64,000 bases of DNA from Squalus acanthias (lineage: Eukaryota). The notes beneath the pieces are model-generated. The model was not told where the DNA came from. It made no database searches and saw nothing but the letters and a program-made list of their open reading frames with translations. The DNA lies in assembly GCA_030390025.1 (NCBI GenBank), contig CM059432.1:141734001-141798000 (forward strand). Reading direction: 5' to 3'. The position numbers and the translations under genes are program-made. Positions 36,865 to 48,110 of the stretch are shown one piece after another. Numbering within the stretch: the stretch's first letter is position 1; each line of letters starts with the position of its first letter.

Positions 36865-38765
36865 ATAGTTTCAGCCTGATCTAACTGTCGTTCTTGCTGG
36901 TTACAGTTTGTGACTTTCTTGGCAGTGAAATCCTTTTTCAGTCTTGAGCTTTTAAATGGGCTTTGAGAGTTATTTATTGCTATGTTTGAATTTGTTTGCT
37001 CGATATCTTGACAACGCATGGTCTTTGTGCATGCTGCTTGCTACTGCTTTAATTTCCCAACAAGAAAAACGTGAGCAGGGCAGAATTTTAATATCTGTAT
37101 TAACTTAGGAGTTTAACATCAACCTGTTGTATGTTGTTAATGGAGCTAAATGCAGTTTAAGTCAATGGAGCACTTTGTAGCTCTACATGTAGCACTTAAG
37201 GGAGAATACAACAAATCCATATTGTTTTAAACCATCTGATCAAAGAATGCAAGGTCAAATGGCGTACTCCAGTGCACCTGACAGAATAGAATCAAAGCAA
37301 TAACAGAAATATTGCAGCTCCTGTGAAAACATTTCAATATTCCAAGGCTAATGAAATGCTGTCTGCTTAACAGCTACACTGGAGAGTCTTAACATGTTTA
37401 AAGATTGCAGTGAGCTCACATCAGTGCAAGTTAGTCCATGTTGACTTCAACTCAGGATAAGACAAACTTGAGCAGAAATTTTAAGGTGCTATAAATGGAT
37501 GGAGATAGTTGGAAATAATTCTGCTGGTTATTAGTGCCCATGACACCATGCTGCTCCTTCAGGGAGAAAGCACTGCACTCAGGCTAGCCTGTCTCTTAGT
37601 CTATGTACATGTTTGCATCTACTTGTTCTGTCAGTTCTACGGGGTAAGCCATATGGTGTAGTGACTGGAAATATATAAAGCAAAGTTGTGTTGTCTCTTG
37701 CAGGCCAATAAGATGTGATTTGTTGGAAGGTCAATGTCAGTGTAGCTGTGATTTTAAATGTGAAGTACTTGCTGCTTATGTCCTGCAGTGTAAGGTTTGA
37801 AATGCTTCCCACCCCCTTCCTGTTGTTGAAGGGGATGATCCACAGACACCTGCAGATTCGCATTTCAAGGCCCCATTTGCACATTTGCGATGATGAGTAG
37901 GAGGGATGGTCAGTGCTGACTGTATCTGAATAGATGATTGAACTGTAATCAGAACTTCAGTCATTTATAGAAATAGTCCATGGAATTTTTTCTGTTAAAC
38001 TCAGTGGGGAGTAGCTTTGTAAACCCTTCCTAATCCATCGGTAAATCAGCTGTGTTTCAATCAGTAGTGGGTGTCGGATTTATTCTAAGAGTTGCCCTCC
38101 CTAACATTGGAGAACGCTGCTTCTGCTTCCCTGAAATGTAGATCTGTGGGGCTCTGGGGAAAAGACTTCCAGTCAATTACTCGGTGATGGAAGTATGTTC
38201 CAAACCAAACACTGCGAGGGAAATGGGGTGGGTTAGTAATTTACACTTAAAAGTATATTGGCATTCCAGTTTTTAATAACCTGATTTTAATTGTGGAGAA
38301 ATATAAATAGTGAAGGGAATTCACAGCAATTGTGTAGTTGCAGCTAAGTTTTTGGATTATTGTAAATAGTTTTGTTTATATTTTATGATGTACAGCCTTG
38401 TGATGGCACCTTTTAGAACTCCTACCCTGTGTATTTGTACAAGAACTGTAAATATTTGTGTATACATGGTACTGAGGATAACAGCAGTGACGATGTACAG
38501 TTGTTGAATCGTATTAGATTAATGTAGGTGGAAACGCCCATTGTTAAACTTTGTCTGTATTCTGTATGGAGTTGTCCCAAGTAAATGATCGTGCATGTGT
38601 TGTGTATTGTGATGCATCGCTTGGTGCAAAGAACGGAAAGAGTAACCACTACTTATGAATGTTATTGGACCAAATAATGTCATAGTCTGAAAATGTGGCA
38701 TCCAATGCCCAACCTGTCTTCAAATTGGTATATTCACGTCTGAATAAAATATTGTGGCTGACTTC
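36865..38765 (+). other. SNRK: SNRK 3' UTR
   Basis: Apparently repeat-free AU-rich stretch between the stop codon and the poly(A) signal; carries miRNA seed matches and Pumilio elements. Confidence 0.7.
38743..38748 (+). terminator. SNRK: Polyadenylation signal AATAAA of SNRK
   Basis: AATAAA followed ~23 nt later by GU-rich GGTTGTGTCTTT; upstream TGTA elements. Confidence 0.7.
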
Positions 38766-39594
38766 TAATCGGTTGTGTCTTTCAAACCACAAGAGCATGT
38801 AAACTTTTATTTGGGGTATGAAGAGAGTCAGTCTAATCTTAGGGTTGACATTTGCACATGCACACGTGTTGCTTTGGCAAAAAAAAACAACAAAACTGAT
38901 CGTTTGCCTGTGGGTTTTTTAGCGGTAGCTCACGCCCACCTCACTACCACTCCGAGTGGTACAGAAGTCACAGGTTCCCCCTGCCATTGCTGCTGTGGTA
39001 TTTGTGACACCAGCAGAATACCGTAGGGGGATTCTGGAACCGATGCACAGGGCTGAAACAACCAATTGGATTGGACTGCGCTGCACCCCTGTGGCACTCG
39101 TGCATTGACCCCGATGCCTCATATTTCCATGTTGAGAACGGACATTAATGTGGCCAAATCAAGAGCTTTACAAGCAACATCAGCATTTTAGTGTCTGTCC
39201 AACTGTCATACTGGGAGTTTTATTCCCTCCTCAAATTCCATTCCATTATGGGTGCCCGGTACTGTGGCTAAACACTACCCAACCGCTATACTGTTTTGGG
39301 GAATTTGTCTTGAATACTGCTGCCCCATCATTAGCTAGGTGACACAGTAGGGGAAAACTTGTTCATAATGGTTTCTGTTCTGCTAAGTGCATGGGCTGTG
39401 GCTTTATCTGGATCCTCAACCAGAAAGTCAATACTTGGGGCCACCCACTACTTTCATAAGGCTTTCAACTTAATTTCTCAGAGGGCTGCATGAAGAAACT
39501 GGATGCTAATGTAGTATATGATTAGATTGTGTGCTCCAGCTCCAGGATCCAGGTAAGACTGACTTTGAGGCAAGGTCGCCCTTATATATGATGT

Positions 39595-40060
39595 GCACTC
39601 TCCGTAAACTTGAGCTCATCCAAAACTACTGCCCGTATCCTAACTCGTTCCAAGTCCTGTTCACCCATCACTCCTGTGCCTGCTGACCTACATTGGCTCC
39701 CTGTCCACCAATAACTCTACTTTTAAAATTTTCATCCTTGTTTTCAAATCCTTCCATGGCCTCACCCCCTCCCTATCTCTGTATCCTCCTACAACCCTTT
39801 GAGATCTCTGTGCTCTGCCAACTCTGGCCTCTTGCCCATCCCTGATATTAATTGCTCCAACATTGGTGGTTGTGCCTTCAGCTGCCTAGGCTCCAAGCTC
39901 TGTAATTCCCTCCCTAAACCTCTCTCCTTAAAACCTACCTCTTTGACCAGGCTTTTGGTCACCTGTCCTAATAGCTCCTTTATGTGGCTTGGTGTCCATT
40001 TTTTTTGGATAATACTTCTGTGCAGCACCTTGGGATGTTTTACCATGTTAAAGGTCTAGA
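39595..40060 (+). mobile_element. L2 LINE 3' end
   Basis: Encodes PITPV.ADLHWLPV, FKI.ILVFKS.HGL, GG.AFS.LG.KL.NSLP typical of the L2 ORF2 C-terminus; tail similar to the SINE tail. Confidence 0.8.
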
Positions 40061-40565
40061 TCCCTGCAAGTTGGGTGGCACTCGTAAGGGTTGGTCCTGG
40101 AGTATCAGTTCGTTCTTGACATTTCTGAAAGAATTGCAATACATCTAGGACAGGGTGTGATACAACTGCACAGCTTGAGTGGGAGATGGTAGGTGCCATA
40201 TTCAGACTGCATATCTTGAGAGGATCTCAAAGGTACCGATTGGAAGGCACGTTATTCATTCACATCACCTCGGGGTTCTGATTGGCATGAGCACAGTTAA
40301 TCAGGGCTGGGAATGAGAAGGGGTAAAGGATACTGCTCAAGGAAGAGAGATGAAATAGCTCTAATACAATTAAGTTATTCCTGGTTCAAAGCCCTTGAGC
40401 ATACAATGGAAGGGCTTTCTTTGGTCTATGTGGAAGATGCAGCGCCAAGTTGAGGTGGCAAAAAGACTGCACAATTCAAGGTGTGAAAGGAACGAGGAGA
40501 GGAAGTATACACTAGATGGTAAAAGCAGAGAGGTTGACATACACAAAATTAGAGCACAAGGTGAT

Positions 40566-41002
40566 AAAAAGACTTGCATTTATATAGCGCCTTTCATCAT
40601 GACCAGGACATCTCAAAGCGCTTTACAACCAATGAAGTACATTTTGAAGTGTAGGCAGTGTTATAATGTAGGAAACATGGTAGCCAATTGCACACAGCAA
40701 GCGCCACAAACAGTTATGTGATAATGACCACATAAGCTGTTTTTGTTATGGTGATTGGACAGGACACAGAATAACTCCCCTGCTCTTCGAAGTCATGCAG
40801 TGGGATTTTTACATCCATCTGAGAGCAGACGGGGCCTTGGTTTAACATCTCATCTGAAAGATGGCACCTCCAACAGTGCAGCATTCCCTCCGTACTGCCC
40901 TAGGAGTAGCAGCCTAGATTTGTGTGCTAAAGTCTGTGGAGTGGGACTTGAACCCACAACCTTCAGCCTCGGAGGCGAGTGCTACCCACTGAGCCATGGC
41001 TC
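40566..41002 (-). mobile_element. Deu-type SINE, full length
   Basis: Tail AGACTTGCATTTATATAGCGCC to head GCTACCCACTGAGCCATGGCT, with B box GGGACTTGAACCC. Confidence 0.88.
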
Positions 41003-41016
41003 ACACCGGGGAACCT

Positions 41017-41165
41017 AGGTTTTTAATATAGGGACATAAGTATAAAAAGTAATGCTAAAGCTATACAAATCATTGGTTAGGCTGTGTTTTAAATAGTATG
41101 TCCAATTTTGGGCACCTTACTTTGGAAAGGATGTCAAATCCAGGGAGACGGTACAGAAGAGATTT
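41017..41165 (+). mobile_element. Old CR1 fragment
   Basis: MLKLYKSLVR..VQFWAPY.GKD..VQKRF. Confidence 0.65.
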
Positions 41166-41169
41166 TGTC

Positions 41170-44100
41170 CTAGACAACCACGTGTGCAGGAAGTGTCGTC
41201 AGCTGGAGGAGCTCGAGCTCGGTTTCGGAGCTTGAGCAGCAGCTGGTGTCATTGCGATGCATCCGTGAGGCTGAGGGCTACGTGGATAGCACATTTCTGG
41301 AGATAGTCACCCCACAGCTTGAGTGCAGGCGGAGAGGGAATGGGTGACCGCCAGACAGAAAAGGAGTCCCGAGTGCATCTCACTCTGGGGAGTACAGCCA
41401 GAGGCAAGTCCACTGCACCATGGGTTGTTCAGCTGGCGGGGCAGGGGGAGGAGGAAGATCAGGAAAGCAACAGTGAAAGGGGATTCAATAGTTAGTGGAA
41501 CAGACGTGATTCCAGGATGGTACGTTGCCTCCCTGGTGTCAGGGTCAAGGATGTCACTAAGTGGCTGCAGAACATTAAGGGGGCAGGGTGAACAGCAAGT
41601 GGTCATAGTCCATATCAGTATCAACGCCATTGGTAGAAAGAGGGATGAGGTCATGCAGGCAGATTTTAGGGAGCTAGGAAAGAGATTAAAAAGCAGGACC
41701 TCAAAGGTAGTAATCTCCGGATTACTCCCGGTGCCACGAGCTAGTGAGTACAGAAATAGGATAGAGCAGATGAATGCATAGCTGGTGAGATGGTGCAGGA
41801 AGTCTTTAGATTCCTGGGAGAGGTGGGACCTGTACAGGATGGACAGGTTGCACCTCAACAGAGCTAGGACCAACATCCACACCGGGGGGAGGAGGTTGCT
41901 GGTGCTGTTGGAGAGGGTTTAAACTAATTTGGCAGGGGACAGGCACCAGGATGTAGCATTAGAAAGGAGAAACATGGTGCACAAGAGTGGGAGATACAGA
42001 TGGCACTAGAGTAAGAGATAGTATGTTATTAGGTGGGGTCAGACTAAGAGAAAATACAAGAAGGCCTAAGATAGGTTTACAGTGCATGTATGTAAACGCA
42101 CAAAGCGTGGTAAATAAGGTTGGTGAGCTGCAGGTGTAAATAGCCTGCATGGGAATATGATGTGGCGATAACAGAGACCTGACTCGAAAAAGGGTAGGAT
42201 TGGGTACTAAATATTCTTGGATACAAGGTGTTCAGGAAAGAAAGGGAGGTGGGTGGCAGTATTGATTGAGAATATTACAGTGCTGAAGAGAGGATGTCCT
42301 AGAGGGGTCAAGGGCAGAATCTATTTAGTTAGTTAAAAACAATAGAGGCACCATTACACTACTTGGTGTATTCTATAGGCCACCTACTAGTGGGAAGGCT
42401 ATAGAGGAGCAAATTTACAGGGAAATTAGAGAGGTGCAAGAACTATAGAGTATTGATAATGGGGGACTTCAATTATCCTAATATAGACTGGGATAGTAAT
42501 AGTGTAAAGGGCAGAGAGGGGGAAGAATTTCTGAAGTGTGTTCAGGAGAACTTTCTTGATCAGTACATTTCCAGCCCAATGAGGAAGGAGGCATTGCTGG
42601 ATCTGGTTCTGGGGAATGAGGTGGGTCAGGTGGATCAAGTTTCAGTCAGGGAACATTTAGGGAACAGTGATCATAGTATCATAAGGTTTAGGTTAGCTAT
42701 GGAAAAGGACAAAGAACAATCTAGAGTCAAAATACTTAATTGGAGGAGAGCCAATTTCAGTGGGTTGGGAACAGACCTGGTCCACGTAAACTGGAATCAA
42801 AGATTGGCAGGCAAAACTAATTGAACAATGGGCTGCCTTTAAAGAGATGGTTTGGGTACAGCCAAGGTACATTCCCACGAGGGGGAAAAGTAGGGCAACC
42901 AAAGCCAGAGCTCCCTGGATGATGAAAGAGAGTAAGATAAAAGGAGAAAAGGGTGTATGACAGATGTCAGGTTGAGAACCAGGCTGAATACAGCAAGTTC
43001 AGAGGGGAAGTGAAAAAGGAAATAAGAGGGGCAAAGAGGGAGTGAGAGAATAGACTGGCAGCTAACAAAAGGGAATCCAAAAGTCTTCTATAGGCATATA
43101 AATAGTAAACGGGTAGTCAGAGGAGGGGTGGGGGCCAACTAGGGATCAAAAAGGAGACCTACGCATGGAGGCAGAGGACATGGCTGAGGTATTAAATGAG
43201 TACTTTGGCAGCATCTTCTTTCTTGGTAAAGACAGATGCAAAGTCATAGTGAAAGAGGAGGTAGTTGAGATATTGGATGGGATAAAAATTGATGAAGAGG
43301 AGGTACTAGAAAGGCTGGCTACACTTAAAGTAACTAAATCACCAGGACCAGATGGGATACATCCTAGGATGCTGAGGGAAGTAAAAGGTGGAAATTGTGG
43401 AGGTACTGGCCATAATCTTCCAATCCTACTTGGATACAGGGAAGGTACCAGAGGACTGGAAAACTGCAAATGTTACACCCTTGTTCAAAAAAGGGTGCAA
43501 GGATAAACCCAGCAACTACAGGCCAGTCAGCTTAACCTCAGTGGTGGGGAAGCATTTAGAAACGATAATCCGGGACAAAATTAACAGTCACTTGTCCAAG
43601 TGAGGATTAATTAAGGGAAGCTGGCAGAGATTTATTAAAGGCAAATCATGTTTAACTAACGATTGAATTTTTTGATGAGGTAACAGAGAGGGTTGATGTG
43701 GGCAATGCGGTTGATGTGGTCTACATGGACTTCCAAAAGGCGTTTGATAAAGTGCCACATAATAGGCTTGCCAGCAAAGTTGAAGCCCATGGAATAAAAA
43801 GGACAGTGGCAGCATGGATACAAAATTGGCTAAGTGACAGGAAACAGAGTACTGGTGAACAGTTGTTTTTTGGACTGGAGGAAGGTATACAGTGGTGTTC
43901 CCCAGGGGTCGGTACTAGGACCACTGCTTTTCTTGATATATATTAATGATTTGGACTTAGGTGAACGGGGCACTTTCAAAATTTGCGGATGACACAAAAG
44001 TTGGAAGTATAGTGAACAGTGAGGAGGATAGGGATAGACTTCAAGAAGACATAGACAAACTGGTGGAATGGGCGGACACATGGCAGATGAAGTTTAACGC

Positions 44101-45005
44101 AGCAAAGTGATACATTTTGGTAGGAAGAACGAGGAGAGGCAATATAAACTAAAGGGTACAATTCTAAAGGGGGTGCAGGAACAGAGACACCTGGGGTATA
44201 TGTGCACAAATCATTGAAGGTGGCAGGGCAGGTTGAGAAAGCAGTTAAAAAACATACAGGATCCTGGGCTTTATAAATTGAGAGGTCGCACAACACCAGG
44301 TTATAGTCCAACAGTTTTATTTGAAATCACAAGCTTTCGGAGCTATCGATTGCTCCTTCCTCAGGTGAAGTGAGGATAAATTTATAAATTGAGGCATAGA
44401 GTTCAAAAGCAAGGAAGTTATGATGAACCTTTATGAAACACTGGTTCGGCCATAACTGGAGTATTGTGTCTAGTTCTGAGCACCGCACTTTAGGAAGAAT
44501 GTGAAGGCCTTAGAGAGGGTGCAGAAAAGATTTACAAGAATGGTTCCAGGGATGAGGGACTTCAGTTACGTGGATAGACGGGAGAAGCTGGGGTTGTTCT
44601 CCTTAGAGCAGAGAAGATTGAGAGGAGATTTGATAGAGGTGTTCAAAATCATGAGGGATCTGGACAGAGTAGAGAGAGAGAAACTGTTCCCATTGGCAGA
44701 AGGGTCGAGAACCAGAGGACACAGATTTAAGGTGATTGGCAGAAGATCCAAAGGCGACATGAGGAAAAACATTTTTACGCAGCGAGTGGTTATGATCTGG
44801 AATGCACTGCCTGAAAGGGTGGTGGAGGCAGATTCAATCGTGGCTTTCAAAAGGGAATTAGATAAGTACCTGAAGGAAAAAAAATTGCTGGGCTACGGAG
44901 AAAGGGCGGGGGAGTGGGACTAGCTGAAGTGCTCTTGCAGAGAGCCGGCACGGGCTCGACGGGCTGAATGGCCTCCTTCTGTGCTGTAACGATTCTATGA
45001 TTGAT
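41170..45005 (+). mobile_element. Near full-length CR1 LINE with ORF1 (Zn/coiled-coil + SGNH esterase) and ORF2 (APE + RT), disrupted
   Basis: ORF1: CRKCRQLEELEL, GDSIV.GTD, VIVHI..N.IG, SGLLPVP, D.LHLNRA; ORF2: [63 protein letters not shown]; tail ATTCTATGATT. Confidence 0.93.
44283..44380 (-). mobile_element. Short Penelope-like fragment (family 1) with minimal hammerhead motif, inserted in CR1 with 13-bp TSD
   Basis: TTTATAAATTGAG at 44270-44282 and 44381-44393; homologous to 55058-55190. Confidence 0.75.
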
Positions 45006-45779
45006 ATAGGGAACAGACATGGGAATGGAACTAAGTGAATAGCTCTTTGAGGTCCAGGGCAGGCACAGTGGGCTGTATAACCAACCTCGCTGTGCTGTAA
45101 AATTCTACGATTCTAGATTAGTAAAATCAATAGAAAAACATTACCATTATAAAAGAAATTGATGCGAAAAGTGACAGAGAAAGTTTTGCAGGAATAGGGT
45201 ACATCAGTTACAGCAAGTATATACGCAACACTTTTTAATACATTATAGATTGGTGTATCTATGTTATAAAGGTTCAAGGCGAGGTCTAACCAGAGCATTA
45301 TATAGCTTCAGCATAAAGGCCAGCAATATAATGTAGCACTGTTTTGTTGATTGCCTCTCTGCAATAACAAGTCCACGATCACTCCCAGATCACTTGAAGT
45401 TTGTTTCATTAAAAGGAAAATGTGTACTTACTGTATCTAAAGTAACCCTCCAACTCCCAATCCATCAACAAGAGGCACGTTTACCTGGATTTGTCCAAGG
45501 AACTGTTTGGCCGAAAATCCTCTGCCCTTCCAGTGCATGCCTGCCGGAAGGGCAGTAAATGAGGCTGGGCCATGGCCTGCAACCTTGGCGCTTCAGGCTA
45601 AACCATTTAGAGTTTCCGGGAGCTGATGGGGTGCTATTAAGTTGTTGCTGGGTGGATGCCCAACACCAATATCCTCGCTTCGGGCATAGCCAGGATCCCT
45701 GGACTCCCCAAACCTGCAGGCACCCAAGATGTGCCCTTACTGGCACAGGTGCCAGTCATTGGTATTTAAATCAAGGAAC

Positions 45780-46130
45780 CTCCCCCTCACACTACCCAGG
45801 GTACTCTTGGCAGGATCAGTGGCAGAGATCGCAGGATTTTCAGCCATTGCGTCTCCATAGGGAGGCTGTGACCGAGTTGCGCTATATTCTGCACGCTAAC
45901 CTCCAAGCCATACCTGACAGCAGGTCAGAGCACTGCCAGAGGCCGTTAAGATCACTGCATTCCTCAATTTTTATGCTCAAGGTTCCTTCCAGGTGTCATT
46001 GGGGACCATCAGTCACCACAGTCAGTCAGCGAGCAAATCAGTTCATCTAATCCTGTGCGCAACCAACAGGAACACAAGGGAACTCTGCATTTATTGCAGA
46101 TGGCAGAATTTCCCAGAATCCATGGGGCCC
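45780..46130 (+). mobile_element. PIF/Harbinger transposase (HARBI1-like) remnant
   Basis: Frameshifted pieces LRLHREAVTEL..IL..NLQ, ALPEAVKITAFLNFYAQGSFQ, AEFPRIHGA resemble the Harbinger transposase N-terminal region. Confidence 0.7.
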
Positions 46131-46139
46131 CTACCCACA

Positions 46140-46455
46140 ATTACATAGAATTTACAGCACAGAAACAGGCCATTCGGCCCAACTGGTCTATGTTGGTGTT
46201 TATGCTCCACACGAGCCTCCTCCCACCCCTCTTCATCTCACCCTATCAAAATTTCCTTTCTCCCTCATGTGTTTATCCAGCTTCCCCTTAAAGGCATCAA
46301 TGCTATTCGCCTCAACCTCTCCCTGTGGTAGCGAGTTCCGCATTCTCACCTCTCTCTGGGTAAAGAAGTTTCTCCTGAATTCCCTATCGGATTTATTAGT
46401 GTCTATCTTATAGTTATGGTCCCCCAAGTTTTGGACTCCCCCCACAAGTGGAAAC
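46140..46455 (-). mobile_element. CR1 LINE 3' fragment
   Basis: FRRNFFTQR.VRM.NSLP..AFKGKLDKHM and CR1 tail. Confidence 0.85.
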
Positions 46456-46638
46456 AGTTACAGAATATTCATGAACCACAAGAGCTACTATCAGCGTAGG
46501 ATGAAGCCGGTTAATGAAAATTGGGTGTAAAAGTAATACAGTCACTGATTTACAATGACTTCAGTTGGACGTGGAAGCCATTTGCTTCAGACACCATTTG
46601 CAAAGAAAGGCGCCGTCGGGTCAAGGAGTGCAATCTCA

Positions 46639-46644
46639 TTTATT
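46639..46644 (-). terminator. Candidate poly(A) signal for the minus-strand gene (second candidate at 46880-46885)
   Basis: TTTATT on + strand ~480 nt beyond the stop at 47125, in repeat-free sequence. Confidence 0.5.
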
Positions 46645-47124
46645 GTGATTTATACAAGGTATTTTTTTTTAACCCAAGTGCTCTGCCTTTTACAGAATCC
46701 AAGACAAAGAGCAGTAGAAAGTTTTATACACTCACGTCCTAAGCCGCTGAACAACGCCAGTGACTGAGAACATCTCTATCGGCTTGAAATGTTGCTCATC
46801 TGGAAGTTGCAGCTCCAATGTTCACAAACCTTCCTCTAGTTATACTTCACCATCCATCCACGTACACTGTGGTATAGGCTTTATTCTGCAGCAATAATTG
46901 TTGATTTATCATCCTCGTTTTATGTGCATAAACCACGCGATAATAATGCATCATGCAAGCTGTGTTAGTGGGTAATAAGTTTACAAAAGACACAGTATAT
47001 TTAGCATTATGTTGAGGAGTGTTCTCATGCTATGCATATTTTCACACCCACTACTTGTCGATTATTAATCTTGGTATGAGGCTTAATCCATTTAAGGCCA
47101 GTAATGTGTCACTTTTCACAAACT

Positions 47125-47202
47125 TCAATTTCCTTTCTTCTCTCTTTTCATTTCATCATGTTGCTGTTCCTTTGCCAGTGACTCGTCCGCTTCCTTCATT
47201 TG
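47125..47202 (-). CDS. ANO10: Terminal coding exon of probable anoctamin-10 (TMEM16K): QMKEADESLAKEQQHDEMKREKKGN*
   Basis: Minus-strand acceptor TGTTTGTTTGTTCCTACAG|CAA; open to TGA; begins QMK like the recalled human ANO10 last exon; C-terminal dilysine; ANO10 is recalled as the tail-to-tail neighbour of SNRK in human. Confidence 0.72.
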   Translation of the reverse strand, partial: QMKEADESLAKEQQHDEMKREKKGN

Positions 47203-47327
47203 CTGTAGGAACAAACAAACAGCCGTTTATAAAAAAAAGGTCTAGAAAACTTTGTGCTTACTGCCTTAATAATAAAATAATAACTACAGCATTGTGTACA
47301 ATACCAATAGTTAAATGCATCCTTGGA

Positions 47328-47540
47328 GGGAACTGGGTAATGCAGTGGACTGATAAACAGTTGTTCCCATCTCTGGGGCACGGATTAAAATCCATTCCGA
47401 CTGAAAGGATGAAAATCTTTTCTTTCCGCTACCTGCAAGTCTGGGAGTTCTCCATGCAGTTCCTGACAGACAGAGACTCACGGCACAAAACCGCTCTCCT
47501 TGTGGCAATCTCGCTCAGAAAAGCCGAAAGGATGACTTAT
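47328..47540 (+). mobile_element. Ancient LF-SINE-like element
   Basis: CAGTTCCT..GACAG..CACAAAACC..CTTGTGGCAATCTC..AGAAAGCC resembles the recalled LF-SINE body; tRNA-like head. Confidence 0.4.
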
Positions 47541-47544
47541 GTCG

Positions 47545-48110
47545 GAGATGGAATACAGACCAAGTTTACGCAACCTATCCTCATAATTTAACCTTGCATC
47601 AGTCTGATCAATCTGCATTGTACCCCCTTCTCCAAGGCCAATATATCCTTCCTCCGGTTTGGTGCCCAAATCAGAGGGAACTTGGTGTGCGGATACACAG
47701 GTGGGAACACAAGTAGAGAAGGTTGTGTAAAAAAAAACAAATGGAATTCTTGGTTTTGTACCTACAGGCGAAGAATAAACAAGTAAAGAGATAATGTTGA
47801 ACTTGTACAAGACCTTAGTTAGGCCACACTTGTATGTGGATAGTAAAAGCAATAAAAAAGCTACATTGTAGATTGACTGGGGTTACAGTTATCAAAGAAG
47901 CCTCAAGAAGTTGGGGATTTTTGCAGTAAAGGCGGAGAAGGTGACCTGATGAGGGCTTCAAGATTATGAAGGGTTATGATAAAGTAAATAGCGATAGATT
48001 GTTTCCAGTGGTCATCAAGATGGTAACGAGGGGGCAGAAATTCAAGAAAAAAATCACAAAAAAAATTAAAGGGGAGATTAGAAGCTGAGGCTGTTCTCCT
48101 TGGAGCAGAG
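47545..48110. mobile_element. Old CR1 fragments (47545-47660 minus, 47660-48110 plus)
   Basis: LNYEDRLRKLGLYS on -; MLNLYKTLVRPHL, GDL..FKIMKG.DKV on +. Confidence 0.7.
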
